Shown here one piece after another: positions 1 to 10,645 of a stretch of DNA of 64,000 nucleotides. The stretch is from Felis catus (Eukaryota). Each line of letters starts with the position of its first letter. The first letter of the stretch is position 1. The notes under the pieces were generated by a model. That model was not told where the DNA came from, searched no databases, and worked only from the letters and a program-made list of their open reading frames with translations. The stretch spans positions 45,510,001 through 45,574,000 of the forward strand of contig NC_058368.1 in the NCBI RefSeq assembly GCF_018350175.1, in the 5' to 3' direction. A program made the translations under genes and the position numbers.

Positions 1-486
1 AGGGACCCAACCTTTATAAACCAATTCATCCCTTCTTCCCCTTACCAGTTCATAATGAATTGCAATTCCCTGGCTAATAAACTCCTTTTTTTGTACATTG
101 GTAGTAAAAATAAATATGATGTGTGTGTGAAAATGGGGGGGTAATGTTGATGAGTGACGATTGTTATTTCAAAACTGAATTTTTTTTCTAATAATAGCTG
201 TGAATGAACTTACTGTTGAAAACTATCTGTCCTAGGTTTTGGAAAAATCATTTTCATGGTTCTTTTAATGATGAAAATGTAGAGCAAGGATCCTATTCTG
301 GGAATAAAGATGTTTGAAACGATTGTAGAACCAGCACATTGAAATTAAGAAAGTTAAGGCATATCCTTTCCTGGTGGCAGAACACTAAAGATCACACTTG
401 GACTGCCAGTCCTACCTGCACTGTTTAGATAGTAGACTATACTCAGTGTCATTTAATGATAAAAAAAAAAAAAACCCTAGATTTTT

Positions 487-634
487 GGGTATCTGGGTGA
501 CTCAGTCAGTTGAGCATCTGCCTCCTGATTTCAGCTCAAGTCATAATCCTGTCAGGTGTCATTGGATCGAGTGAGTGTGGAGTCTGCTTGGGATTCTCAC
601 TCTCTCTCTGTCCCCCTCCTTCACTTACAGTAAG

Positions 635-679
<45 letters not shown>

Positions 680-716
680 CACACACGCACACATGCACAC
701 ACACACACACACAGAA
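487..716 (+). mobile_element. Old CanSINE (tRNA-derived carnivore SINE) with a (CA)n-expanded tail
   Basis: Head GGGTATCTGGGTGACTCAGTCAGTTGAGCATCTG, (CT)n tract, then (CA)n. Flanked by an imperfect repeat aaaccctagatttttgg / aaacctagattttgg. Confidence 0.85.
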
Positions 717-2510
717 AGAAACCTAGATTTTGGTACATGATGTGATACCTAATTACTGTGTTCTGGTGGTCATTCTTGGTAGGAGTTATAGGGAGAAACC
801 AATTCTGGAAGATGAAATGGAATTATGTTTCTATTTTAATCATCTTTAGAGGATGGCCTGACAAGTGGCTCATATTAGGTTATAAAATGAGGATTTGGCA
901 GGTCCATTGCCTGCAGTAGAAAGGTAAGAGAGAGATTGTTGTTATTTTTAATTGGGGTCTTAAAAGCTGAAATCTAGACCAGGTAAGGAAGAAATGCCCA
1001 CAGGTCCCATGACAGAGAGAAAGCTGTCTACCACTATCTGAAGGAAAGCAGAAATTTAGAATACTATTTAGTAGGAGATCCTTCCAGAGCGGCTTAGTTC
1101 TGTGAACACTGAGAAAAGCTACATATAATTTTGTTTCCCCATTTTTAATTCCTGTCATCCTAAAGTATTTAGTAAAATCTTGTTATAGATTATAACTTGG
1201 TTGTGGTCATCATCTGGGGAACTGACAGAAGAATCTAATATCAGTATTTGGGAAAAGCGGTATGAAAGATTAAAAAGGTCCGAGAGAGGTGAGTGTGACA
1301 TGAAAACAGATGACTTTATAAGACAAGAGTTAGTGAGGAGATGAGCTACTCTGAGGTGAATCTCTGAATTCCCAAGTCTCCAAATGGAGGATTCCCAGGA
1401 ATATCTTGGGAAAGAAATCCAATAAAGTATTCAACTCCCACCACTTAAGTGGGATGTGCATTTAAAGGGTACATGACATGAAAAGTTGACGAATTCTGGG
1501 ATGCAGGTTTACCAAAATAATGTGTAGAGTACATAATGAGTTAAATGAGTATGACACAATTATTGGATTCATCATATAACACTAAAAAGTACAAAGAAAG
1601 TCTCTGTATTTTTCTGTAAATGATCTTATCTTATACTTCATTAGCTTGAAAGCAAGGGACATCAGAACAGCTGAAGCTGATACTCTCCATTGGAACCAAT
1701 AATTTAAACATGTCCTTGGACATTCAGTTGCTTGAAAGACTTGATCTTTCAGAATCCCATTTCTTCTCTGTTTCTTTCTGACTTCATATCTGGGTATAAA
1801 TTAGATAGCTAGGTGGTAATGATAAATGTGGCTTATGAGACTCAGCTTGGGTTGCTCCTTAATGCCATCAGTTAACCATGGATGTATGAATAGTTATCAG
1901 GAAACATGCCTATACCCATGGCCTTAGATCAAGGCACCAATAATTTCTCTTTGATGTTGAAGTTCCTAAATAAGGGTCATTTCAACTCCAGACTTTTGTT
2001 AGTGTATTGACCCACTCAGCACTTCCACATTTTCTCTCAAGACAAGACAAACTCGGGATCCCTTGGACATCATTAAGTTATGTGTCTACTTGCTTTCCAC
2101 AGCGACTCAGAACCCTCTTATCAATGCCTTGTTTGACTGAATCAAAGGCAACAATTACCGAGTTTTGTAAGAAAACAAATTCTAAGTTCCACAATAATTA
2201 TAGAATACAATATGCCAATAAATCAACAATGATCTTTATTTGCCTTCGGTTCTAAATAGGAATTTTACAGAACTAATTACACATAAAAATACTGATAGTA
2301 TAGATAAAGCCAAGACTTTTCCTAAGTTATAGCGGCATTACATTTTGAAACACGTTGATCTTAGTTGTTTTCATAAGAGAAAAATGAAGGAAAGCATTCC
2401 CAGGATGACAGTTTATTACTAATTGCTTTGTCTTTTTAAAAACTTAGTAATAATAAAAAAGCTAATTATACTGAGCACATACTACATTCATTGAGTTCCT
2501 ACCAATTTTT

Positions 2511-2730
2511 TTTTAATTTTTTTTTCAACGTTTTATTTTATTTTTGGGACAGAGAGAGATAGATCATGAATGGGGGAGGGGCAGAGAGAGAGGGAGACAC
2601 AGAATCGGAAACAGGCTCCAGGCTCTGAGCCATCAGCCCAGAGCCTGACGCGGGGCTCGAACTCACGGACCGCGAGATCGTGACCTGGCTGAAGTCGGAC
2701 GCTTAACGGACTGCACCACCCAGGCGCCCC
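2511..2730 (-). mobile_element. Young felid SINE (SINEC_Fc type)
   Basis: Reverse complement starts GGGGCGCCTGGGTGG with CpGs intact. Perfect 17-bp TSD AGTTCCTACCAATTTTT at 2494-2510 and 2732-2748. Confidence 0.97.
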
Positions 2731-4114
2731 AAGTTCCTACCAATTTTTACAGGTATTACAGTGAACATGTACAATGGTACCAAAGTAAGCTATTCACAAG
2801 GATTAGGTAACATAGTTCTACAGATGAATTTGTAGCTTTGATTTTATTCTTATATTATAGATAAATAGGGGCACCAGCAATTAATTAAGTTTACAAGGTC
2901 TCAGTGGTAACAAATGGCATTAGTCAAATCCAAGTCTAGACATTTTGACTTTTCAGCATATCATTATAAATGTATATTTTGTGGCTTTTTTTTATTTTTA
3001 AATATAATAATTGATTCAATATTCAAATATTACAGAAAGGCTAACAGGATTATGTTGTTCTTAACTCTTAAAAGATGGAATTTGAAAAGCAATCAAATTA
3101 TTAGCAGCCAGCGCACATAATTTTATTGGCTTATGCTGGTGTAAAGGACTTATATACAATTTCTACATTTCTTTTGTGTACTTTTCTCACTAAAAACTTT
3201 TTCGACAAAAATTGCACTGCTAAATCTAAAGTAACTCAAGAAACATGTTTATGGCTATTGAACCTGTGAAATACGAAAATAACGTTGAAAAGAGCTAAAT
3301 AACTCAATAACCACCTTGAAGTATTGTACTCACAGTAATCCAAAGTTCCCTTGGGTGGACGTAGCCTTAAGATATTAAAGATATAATATGTTCACATTAT
3401 TCTATGTCCTTGAGCTTTTCAAAAACTAAAGCGACTTAATCACTTTATTACTCAAAAGATATTTAAGTCCAGAGAAAGCTAGAGTTATCTGAATAAATCA
3501 GAGATATATCAAGATAATTTAAGAAAGGTGTGTTTGTCTAAAGCAACTACTATTGTTGCTTCATCTACCTCAGCAAAGGATAATTTCCAGTTATCCCTTT
3601 ATGTTGGTGTTATGTAAACCTGGCATAAACAAGCTCTGGTTTCTCCAAAACACGGATCGTTTTGAATAATTGAAGAGTTGGAATTGTGGCCAAGAAGTGA
3701 CAATGAAATCCGTCTGATTAGGATTCTAAAGACACATGTACTATTGCTTGAGCTTAGTAAACATAACTCATAAATCTAAACACCTAATCATATGGTCTTT
3801 TAGCAGTTTGGCATTTTTTCCCCTCATTTCCAAAATCTCTCTGAACATGAAAACTTCACCAAATAGCTAGGCTTCAGGGGAAAAAAGTCTGACCCAGAGA
3901 GATAATACCATCTTATATTTTAAAAATCATGTTGGACCTTTGGACATTTGCTAAATTAAATGTTTTATTGTTTGCAAGATCATTTCATTTAGCTATTGAA
4001 AACTGGGGTGACTAAGTCTTTGGATATTTAGAAAATACTCTTAAATATGCAACAGTATAATAACGATAACAGTTTATTGCAACCATTTAATTAAGAGTAA
4101 CAGCTTTTCAAACT

Positions 4115-4390
4115 CTAGAATCCAATCCAAACATAAATGCATGGGATTTGATAACTAGAGAATTGTCTTTGAAAGGAAGGATGACATGATAGCTAATGCA
4201 TGCACATGGAAACTAATTAGATTTTTTAGCTAATGAATCCCCATTTAAATAAATGTGATTCGATAAATAATGGATCCCCATGGAAATGAATAGAATTGGA
4301 TGACTAACGCACCCCACTGAAATGAATGTGATTCGATAGTTATCGCATCCTCATAAATGTGTTAGATTGAATCCCATTCATTTTAATTGC
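4115..4390. repeat. Degenerate ~37-bp tandem array with quasi-palindromic units
   Basis: Units start at 4150, 4188, 4225, 4262, 4299 and 4335 (spacings 38, 37, 37, 37, 36). Approximate consensus GATAGCTAATGCATCCCCATGGAAATGAATGTGATTC. Confidence 0.8.
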
Positions 4391-4410
4391 AATAAATTAA
4401 AATAGCTTTT

Positions 4411-4452
4411 GTTCATGGCCTTTTGGCTAAGATCAAATGTTCTGTCCTCTAT
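4411..4452 (+). pseudogene. U2 snRNA 5' fragment (3'-truncated pseudogene)
   Basis: GGCCTTTTGGCTAAGATCAAATGT (4417-4440) matches U2 GGCCUUUUGGCUAAGAUCAAGUGU at 23/24. The following TCTGTCCTCTAT weakly resembles U2 UCUGUUCUUAU. Confidence 0.8.
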
Positions 4453-6644
4453 TTGGGGACTATATCCTAACCAAGCAGACAACCCAGACTTACTAATCTA
4501 ATAGGTCCCTTCTTTCTCTAACTATGTGATCTATATGCTACCAATGCCATTCGTTCCAGTAAGGATGACTCAGTAATAAAACCTATTCATTTCAGCAGAG
4601 CGTTTGTTGTCAATTAGACTTCATTAATTTCAATGGGGAGTTTTTAGCTATTACAAATAGAGCCATCCAAATGTATTTAAATGCTACTTTTCAAAAAGAA
4701 GTCAAAAACATGTTTGCATAGACAAACCCAAATTTCTAATGTATGCTTTTGCTAGGTCACTTAAAATTAAAATATTTAAGTTATATTTAGGAATACACTT
4801 TATTAATAAATGTGTAACTTACATATAGACTTCTGAAAAGAAAATGTGAGTAGACTCTTGAAAATGAAGCACATGATTATCAAAAATAATAAAAACCCAC
4901 TCTTTGAATGAATCTATTTTAGTGCATTTATCACATCTATCAATTTATTTATCTTCAATTTCTTTCCATTTGTGTGTTTTGTGGGGCCAGACTATCTTAT
5001 TTATGTGTGCATTACAAAATTATACAGGAAGAGGATATAGTGAAGTCCTGATAAGCTGAACAGGTAAATGCATATAGATAAGTAAATTAATAAATGAATG
5101 ATTATAAGATTTCAGGGAAATAAAAATTTATTGAACATTAACAGTAGTTTACCTACTGGGATAAATGCCATTTATGCATATATCCATGTGTGTATATCAT
5201 CTTTATTTAAATGTAAATGTCATAACTATTCCATGAAATAAATGTTGAGACTTTCTTAAAATGAGGAAATGGATTCCAAAAAGGAATGAATAAAAAATCC
5301 CACGGCTAACAAAGTATGGTCAAAGCCCAGGTCTGCTAGATAAGAAAGACACTCATTGTTTTCCTTACACTATGCCTTCATTACCTTAACATGCAAAGAA
5401 AGTTCTCTTGCACAAATGCCTTAAATACATGTGAATCTAGAAAAGGTTACAGCTTGGGGAAAAATATACACTATTAAAAATAAATGTCCAAATTAAAATA
5501 AGGGGAAAAGCCAAAATAATAGAACCTATCATAAGCCACTGCTTTGAAGTATTTCAATTTTACTAGAAGATAAAAAGGAAAACAGTATGGCAAACTTAAA
5601 AGAGTAAAATCTATTATTTAAATGATAGGATTAAAAATACAATAGTGATACTCAGCTAAAGACTTATTCATCCCCTACACTTGTCCACACACACATAGAA
5701 ACATATACGTAGAATTTATGAAAAGCATCAACATAATTATTTTGTCAGAATCTTGAAGAGGTAGAGTTTGAACAAGTGATTCTTTAGATAAAATGCTTTC
5801 TTATACCCCAAGAAATCCAATCTCTCTTTACCCCAATTTCTCCCTCTTTCTCAATGATTTCCTGATAGAGTTTCAAATTATTTTAAATAAATGTGACTTC
5901 AGTAGCACATCTGGTGTTATTAACACACACAGAAACATTGGCCAATAAAAAAAGACATCATGTGTAGGACATATTTCATACAGTGTATATTTTATTATTT
6001 TTATATGCACATCTTACTGAACCTTAATCAGGAAATCAAATAGGAAAATACTTCTCATCAGAACAGAAATTTCAAGTATATTAAAAACAGATTATAGATA
6101 TTTTACCATATGTGCTACTCATAGATTTTCAATGATTTTAAAACAAATTCCCCCAAAATAGTTTTCATTTTCCTTTAGAGTATTTCATTTTCCACTGAAT
6201 ACCCTCAGCACTCTCAAACATGACACTGGAGGACTTTCAATTCTTCATTAGCTGCAGAAAAAATACACTGCATATTTAGAGCCAGAGGAAAGAGAAGTGT
6301 GATGGAAATTCTTTTATAGGTGTGGTAACGAACTGTATTGGACAATGTCCTGAAATGACACAGCTTTCTCCCTACAGGGGCAAAGGAAATAATCAGCCAA
6401 AATAACAAAATCTTTCAAACATAATATAATTAGGATCGTTATAACAACACATATTAAATTTAGTTAATCCATGGCCACACTTACCTGGAAACTTGTAAAA
6501 GGAAGACAAAGGGACTAATTTTGTACAGAACAGATTGTACAGCAGCATCCAGTACTTTAATGTATTGATGGTAACGATAATGAAACATGTCATTAAAAAA
6601 GAAATCAGATGAAAAGCTTTAGAGATTTTTTCCCCCAAAACAGG

Positions 6645-6885
6645 TAGGATAGCACGGTAGGTAGTACCCTAGATTTAGTGACACAATTTCAGCTTTGGCA
6701 TTTATCTTCATTGTGACTCCTGGTGGGGAACTATCCTCCTGACCACAGTTAATTTATGGGAGTTCCTCTATGAAAGAGGAATAATGAAAATACTGACTCC
6801 ATAGCATTATTCGATAGGTTAAGGGAATTGTTAGAGACACACTTAGAATAGGGCCTGACATACAGGAACTAAGCACTATATAAGT
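6645..6885 (+). mobile_element. MIR relic
   Basis: MIR-like core ...cctctatgaaagaggaataatgaaaatactgactccatagc...cacttagaatagggcctgacatacagg. Confidence 0.55.
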
Positions 6886-8358
6886 GACTTTTGAATATAT
6901 TTTATAGAATGCTATACCTAATTGAGATGAATTTATCTTTATCTAGAAATAAATTACATTTGAATAAATGTTAAAAAAATACTGACTAGGACAGTATTAC
7001 GTTGTCTATTCAAGTAAGATGCTGGGAAGTTTATTCTGTATTTGACTACAGAGTGTTTTTGAACCCTAAATTATCCAGAGTTTATATTGATTAAAGTCAC
7101 TGACTGATCAGTATCCTGGGTAGATAAAGATATAATCATCAGGCGAGTAATCATTTTTCATGGAAAGCCAGAAGACGACACATCCTATTAGAAAGATTAT
7201 TCTATATTAGAACAGAAACTTCTCTATCATTTTATACTCTTTATGCCATCTTGATAATTCCTTACCTGTCAAAAATTTTAAGCAGTTATACAGCTGTGGG
7301 TTGAAGTTTTTTATTACATTGGAAGACTTTTTATTCTATTTCTATTCAACAATAGCAGACATAGAGCCATAGCCTCTATGGTTTGTGATTTAACCTAGTG
7401 AGTTATGTGAAGAGCATTTAGACCTACCATATACACATGGTGCTGTTATTTCTAGAAACAGAGAACACTAGAAAAAGTGGCCAGTACATAGGAAAATACC
7501 AGTTGATATTTTGGTTTTGATAACATCATTTAGCTTAAAGTGGAAAATTGTTATTTCACACTAGAGGGGATTTCTGATTTTAATTTGGCCTTCCCAAAAA
7601 GGTGAGAAGCTTCATTAAAGATATCCCTCTGTTCATTAATTAATTGATAAGCAGTTGTAATAAAGTGTTCAGAGGAGTGGTTGTCATTAGGAATTGCTCT
7701 AGAGGCAGTATTTCAGGAAGAACAAACTATCAACTAAGGAATATTCTAAACCAGTGTTTAATATGCACAGAGAGTAAAGCCAGAGGAAGTTTATATTTCT
7801 CTGAAGCTGTGAGAAATACATTTTAAAATCTCAAGATAATTCGATACTTAAAGCATGATTCCCCTGAATTTTATAAATGGCTTAATGGCACACAAGAGAT
7901 TTAATGGGTAATTGTTTTAACAGGCATATGTATATTAAATATTAATACATTTTATTTATAATTTTAATACTGTGAATTAAGTAGATAATTTTAAAATAGT
8001 AATTAGAAATGTTCTTTCCTTTGCTTTCCTTTTTTTTTTTAATTTTGTCTCTTTCAGCAGCTTTTGTGATATTGCCCTGCTTTGACAACATACATCTGAC
8101 CCACTTTTTCTCTATCTCTCTTACATCCCTGAAACATGCAACTTTCCAGTTGTTATGCAGCTACTTGTGATGTGTTTTTTTCCCACAGAATCTATTCACA
8201 TTCTGTAGGATAGTTGTTTTGTGAGCACAGAACACTTTAATATCACTAGGGTTTGAGATGAAGTCAGCAGTGACACATATACATATGTTATGTGACTGAC
8301 TTCTGGAATAGCAGAGTGAGGAGCACAACTGACTCTATTCCCCAGAAAATGTGCACAG

Positions 8359-8375
8359 ACACACGTGTGCGCGCG

Positions 8376-8423
<48 letters not shown>
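8359..8423. repeat. Compound (GC)8(AC)n alternating purine-pyrimidine microsatellite
   Basis: acacacgtgtgcgcgcgcgcgcgcgcacacac... read directly. Confidence 0.95.
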
Positions 8424-8424
<1 letters not shown>

Positions 8425-10109
8425 CATTTAAAGTCTCTAGAGATTTCCTAGGAGTACATAGCAAATAAGAAACATTCATTCAAGAGAATCTACTAAATCT
8501 ATGTAAACAACAACAACAACAGAGTCTGAGGTCTTAGAGCCATTCCTAGCTCCCGAATATAAATGGCTTCATCTTATGGGAACTATCCCTGGCCCTCTGT
8601 TCCAGACAGGTAGAATCAAGAAGGTTCTCACCTTTCTGTTCCCAGTCTGGGGCTACAATTTCACCTCAAGTGAGCAAGCTGCTGACACTTTATCTCTCTT
8701 AACCCCCAGCTTCAGAAGCTCTGTTTGGGGCAGACACAGCTAAGATGATTAGAGCATCCTTCCTCCGCCTGGCCCTGATGTGTTGGGCAGAAGTTCCACT
8801 CAAAGTGTGGTACATGCAAACACTGAGCCCTGGACACTCACAACCCGGCTAGTACTTATGGTAAAGATTCTAAGCCAGAAGGGCAAGCCAAGAAAACTAG
8901 GGCTTACCCTACCAGGTAAACTATTCACAGAGTAGCTATGGCAGTCACTACAGGGGAAGGGTACTGCAGAACTCACTCTTGGCTCTTGTGAAGTAGTCCA
9001 CTGGTTCTGTCAAAGAGGTTACAGGACGAGAGTTTCGTAGCTCAGCTTGTGGGGACTGATTTCATTTAGAGTAGAACATGAATAGTTCCATGCCTAATGA
9101 CACTGTTCAAAATAATAGAGGGAAATAAAGCAGGAAGTTTTAGCTCCTTCCTACTGTAGCTACAAGTGAAAAGACAGCAATACGGAATTTAACAAAAAGA
9201 ACCAGGAATTGAGACAGCAAAGAAGAACCATCGTAAGATCACAGTCACTCTCTGGGATTGGGAAGACTGGATATTAAGTGCTAGACAATGGACTCAGAAG
9301 CATCAGAACAGGGCATGAGGAATGCTTAAAAACATTACACAAACCAAATGCAGATGAATCAACAGAAAGTGGAATCCTCAGTGAAATGAGGAACTTAAGC
9401 ATAATGTCTGACCAAACACTGACTGAAAATAAGCAACACTGACCCAAGGGCAATAAAGAAGCAAGGCTTAAAAACAAAATCACACAAACCCTTGGATGTT
9501 TGTGAGCTTATGGGTATGCCTAAAGACATACCTTTTTGGCAGTGATTAAAGAGAAAATATCCAACCTACCAGTCCCTGGTTCAACACGTGGCAAAAATGT
9601 AAATTCTTTGAATGGTAATCTTGAACGATAACAGCAGCATCCAATGTCCACCCCCCATTTCCCCCAACACACATACGCAGTTGAAGGTAAGGGCAACAAT
9701 CTCACTGGCTAATGCAGCTTAAACACAACTTTTGTCCCGTAGGTGTCTTACACTGAAACAAGAGTGATGGCTAGATAGTCAGCTTAAAAAATGAAAATAA
9801 GAAAAAAACCTGAGCATAAAAAAACAAAAACTACACAATGCAGGGAAAATAGACTTCACAGAATTCAGTCAAGTCACTCAATAAATAAATGACCAAACAA
9901 ACAACAACATCAAGTCCCTGGTGAGGGGATCATTATCCAGAGTACTACAATATATTATCTAAAATGCAAAAATCATGAGACATGATCAAAAACAAAACAA
10001 ATAAACAGGAAACAAAAATTTCTTTAGCAGGCATCCAGATGTTGCATTTAGCAAAGAAGAAAGACACCCCAGAGCAATTATTATTTTTTATAAATATGTT
10101 CAAAAAATT

Positions 10110-10334
10110 GGGGCGCCTAGGTGGCTCAGTCGGTTGAGCATACGACTTCGGCTCAGGTCATGATCTCACGGTTCGTGGGTTTGAGCCCTGTGTCGGGCTC
10201 TGTGCTGACAGCTCAGAGCCTGGAGCCTGCTTCGGATTCTGTGTCTCCCTCTCTCTCTGACCCTCCCCTGTTCATGCTCTGTCTCTCTCTGTCTCAAAAA
10301 TAAATAAATGTTAAAAACTTTAAAAAAATTAAAA
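10110..10334 (+). mobile_element. Felid SINE
   Basis: GGGGCGCCTAGGTGGCTCAGTCGG head, (CT)n, A tail. TSD AAATATGTTCAAAAAATTG at 10092-10110 and 10335-10353. Confidence 0.97.
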
Positions 10335-10430
10335 AAATATGTTCAAAAAATTGAAGGGGACCAGGCCCAAATAATTAAGGTATAATAACAATGTTTCATC
10401 AAATAGAAACTATTATTAACAAAAAAATCC

Positions 10431-10645
10431 AGGGCACCTGGGTGGCTTAGTCGGTTGAGCAACTGACTTCGGCTCAGGTCATGATCTCACAGTTTGCGAG
10501 TTCAAGCCCCACATCAGACTCTGATCTGACAGCTCAGAGCCTAGAGCCTGCTTCTGATTCTGTGTCTTCCTCTCTCTCTGCCCCTGCCCCACTCATGTTC
10601 TGTCTCTCTCTGTCTCAGAAATAAATAAACATTAAAATTTTTTAA
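10431..10645 (+). mobile_element. Felid SINE
   Basis: AGGGCACCTGGGTGGCTTAGTCGG head, CTGACAGCTCAGAGCC insert, AATAAATAAACATT tail. Confidence 0.95.

Noticed and set aside
140..185. TGATGA ... CTGA as a box C/D snoRNA
   Set aside because: The boxes are only about 25 nt apart, there is no terminal stem, and I recognise no guide sequence.
4150..4370. 37-bp periodicity as a CRISPR array
   Set aside because: Units are contiguous with no unique spacers, there are no cas genes, and the context is mammalian.
10121..10303. Recurrent 'MAQSV...PASDSVSPSLS' peptides here and at 18.8, 21.5, 45.4, 58.7 and 60.2 kb, as a gene family
   Set aside because: These are translations of CanSINE bodies.
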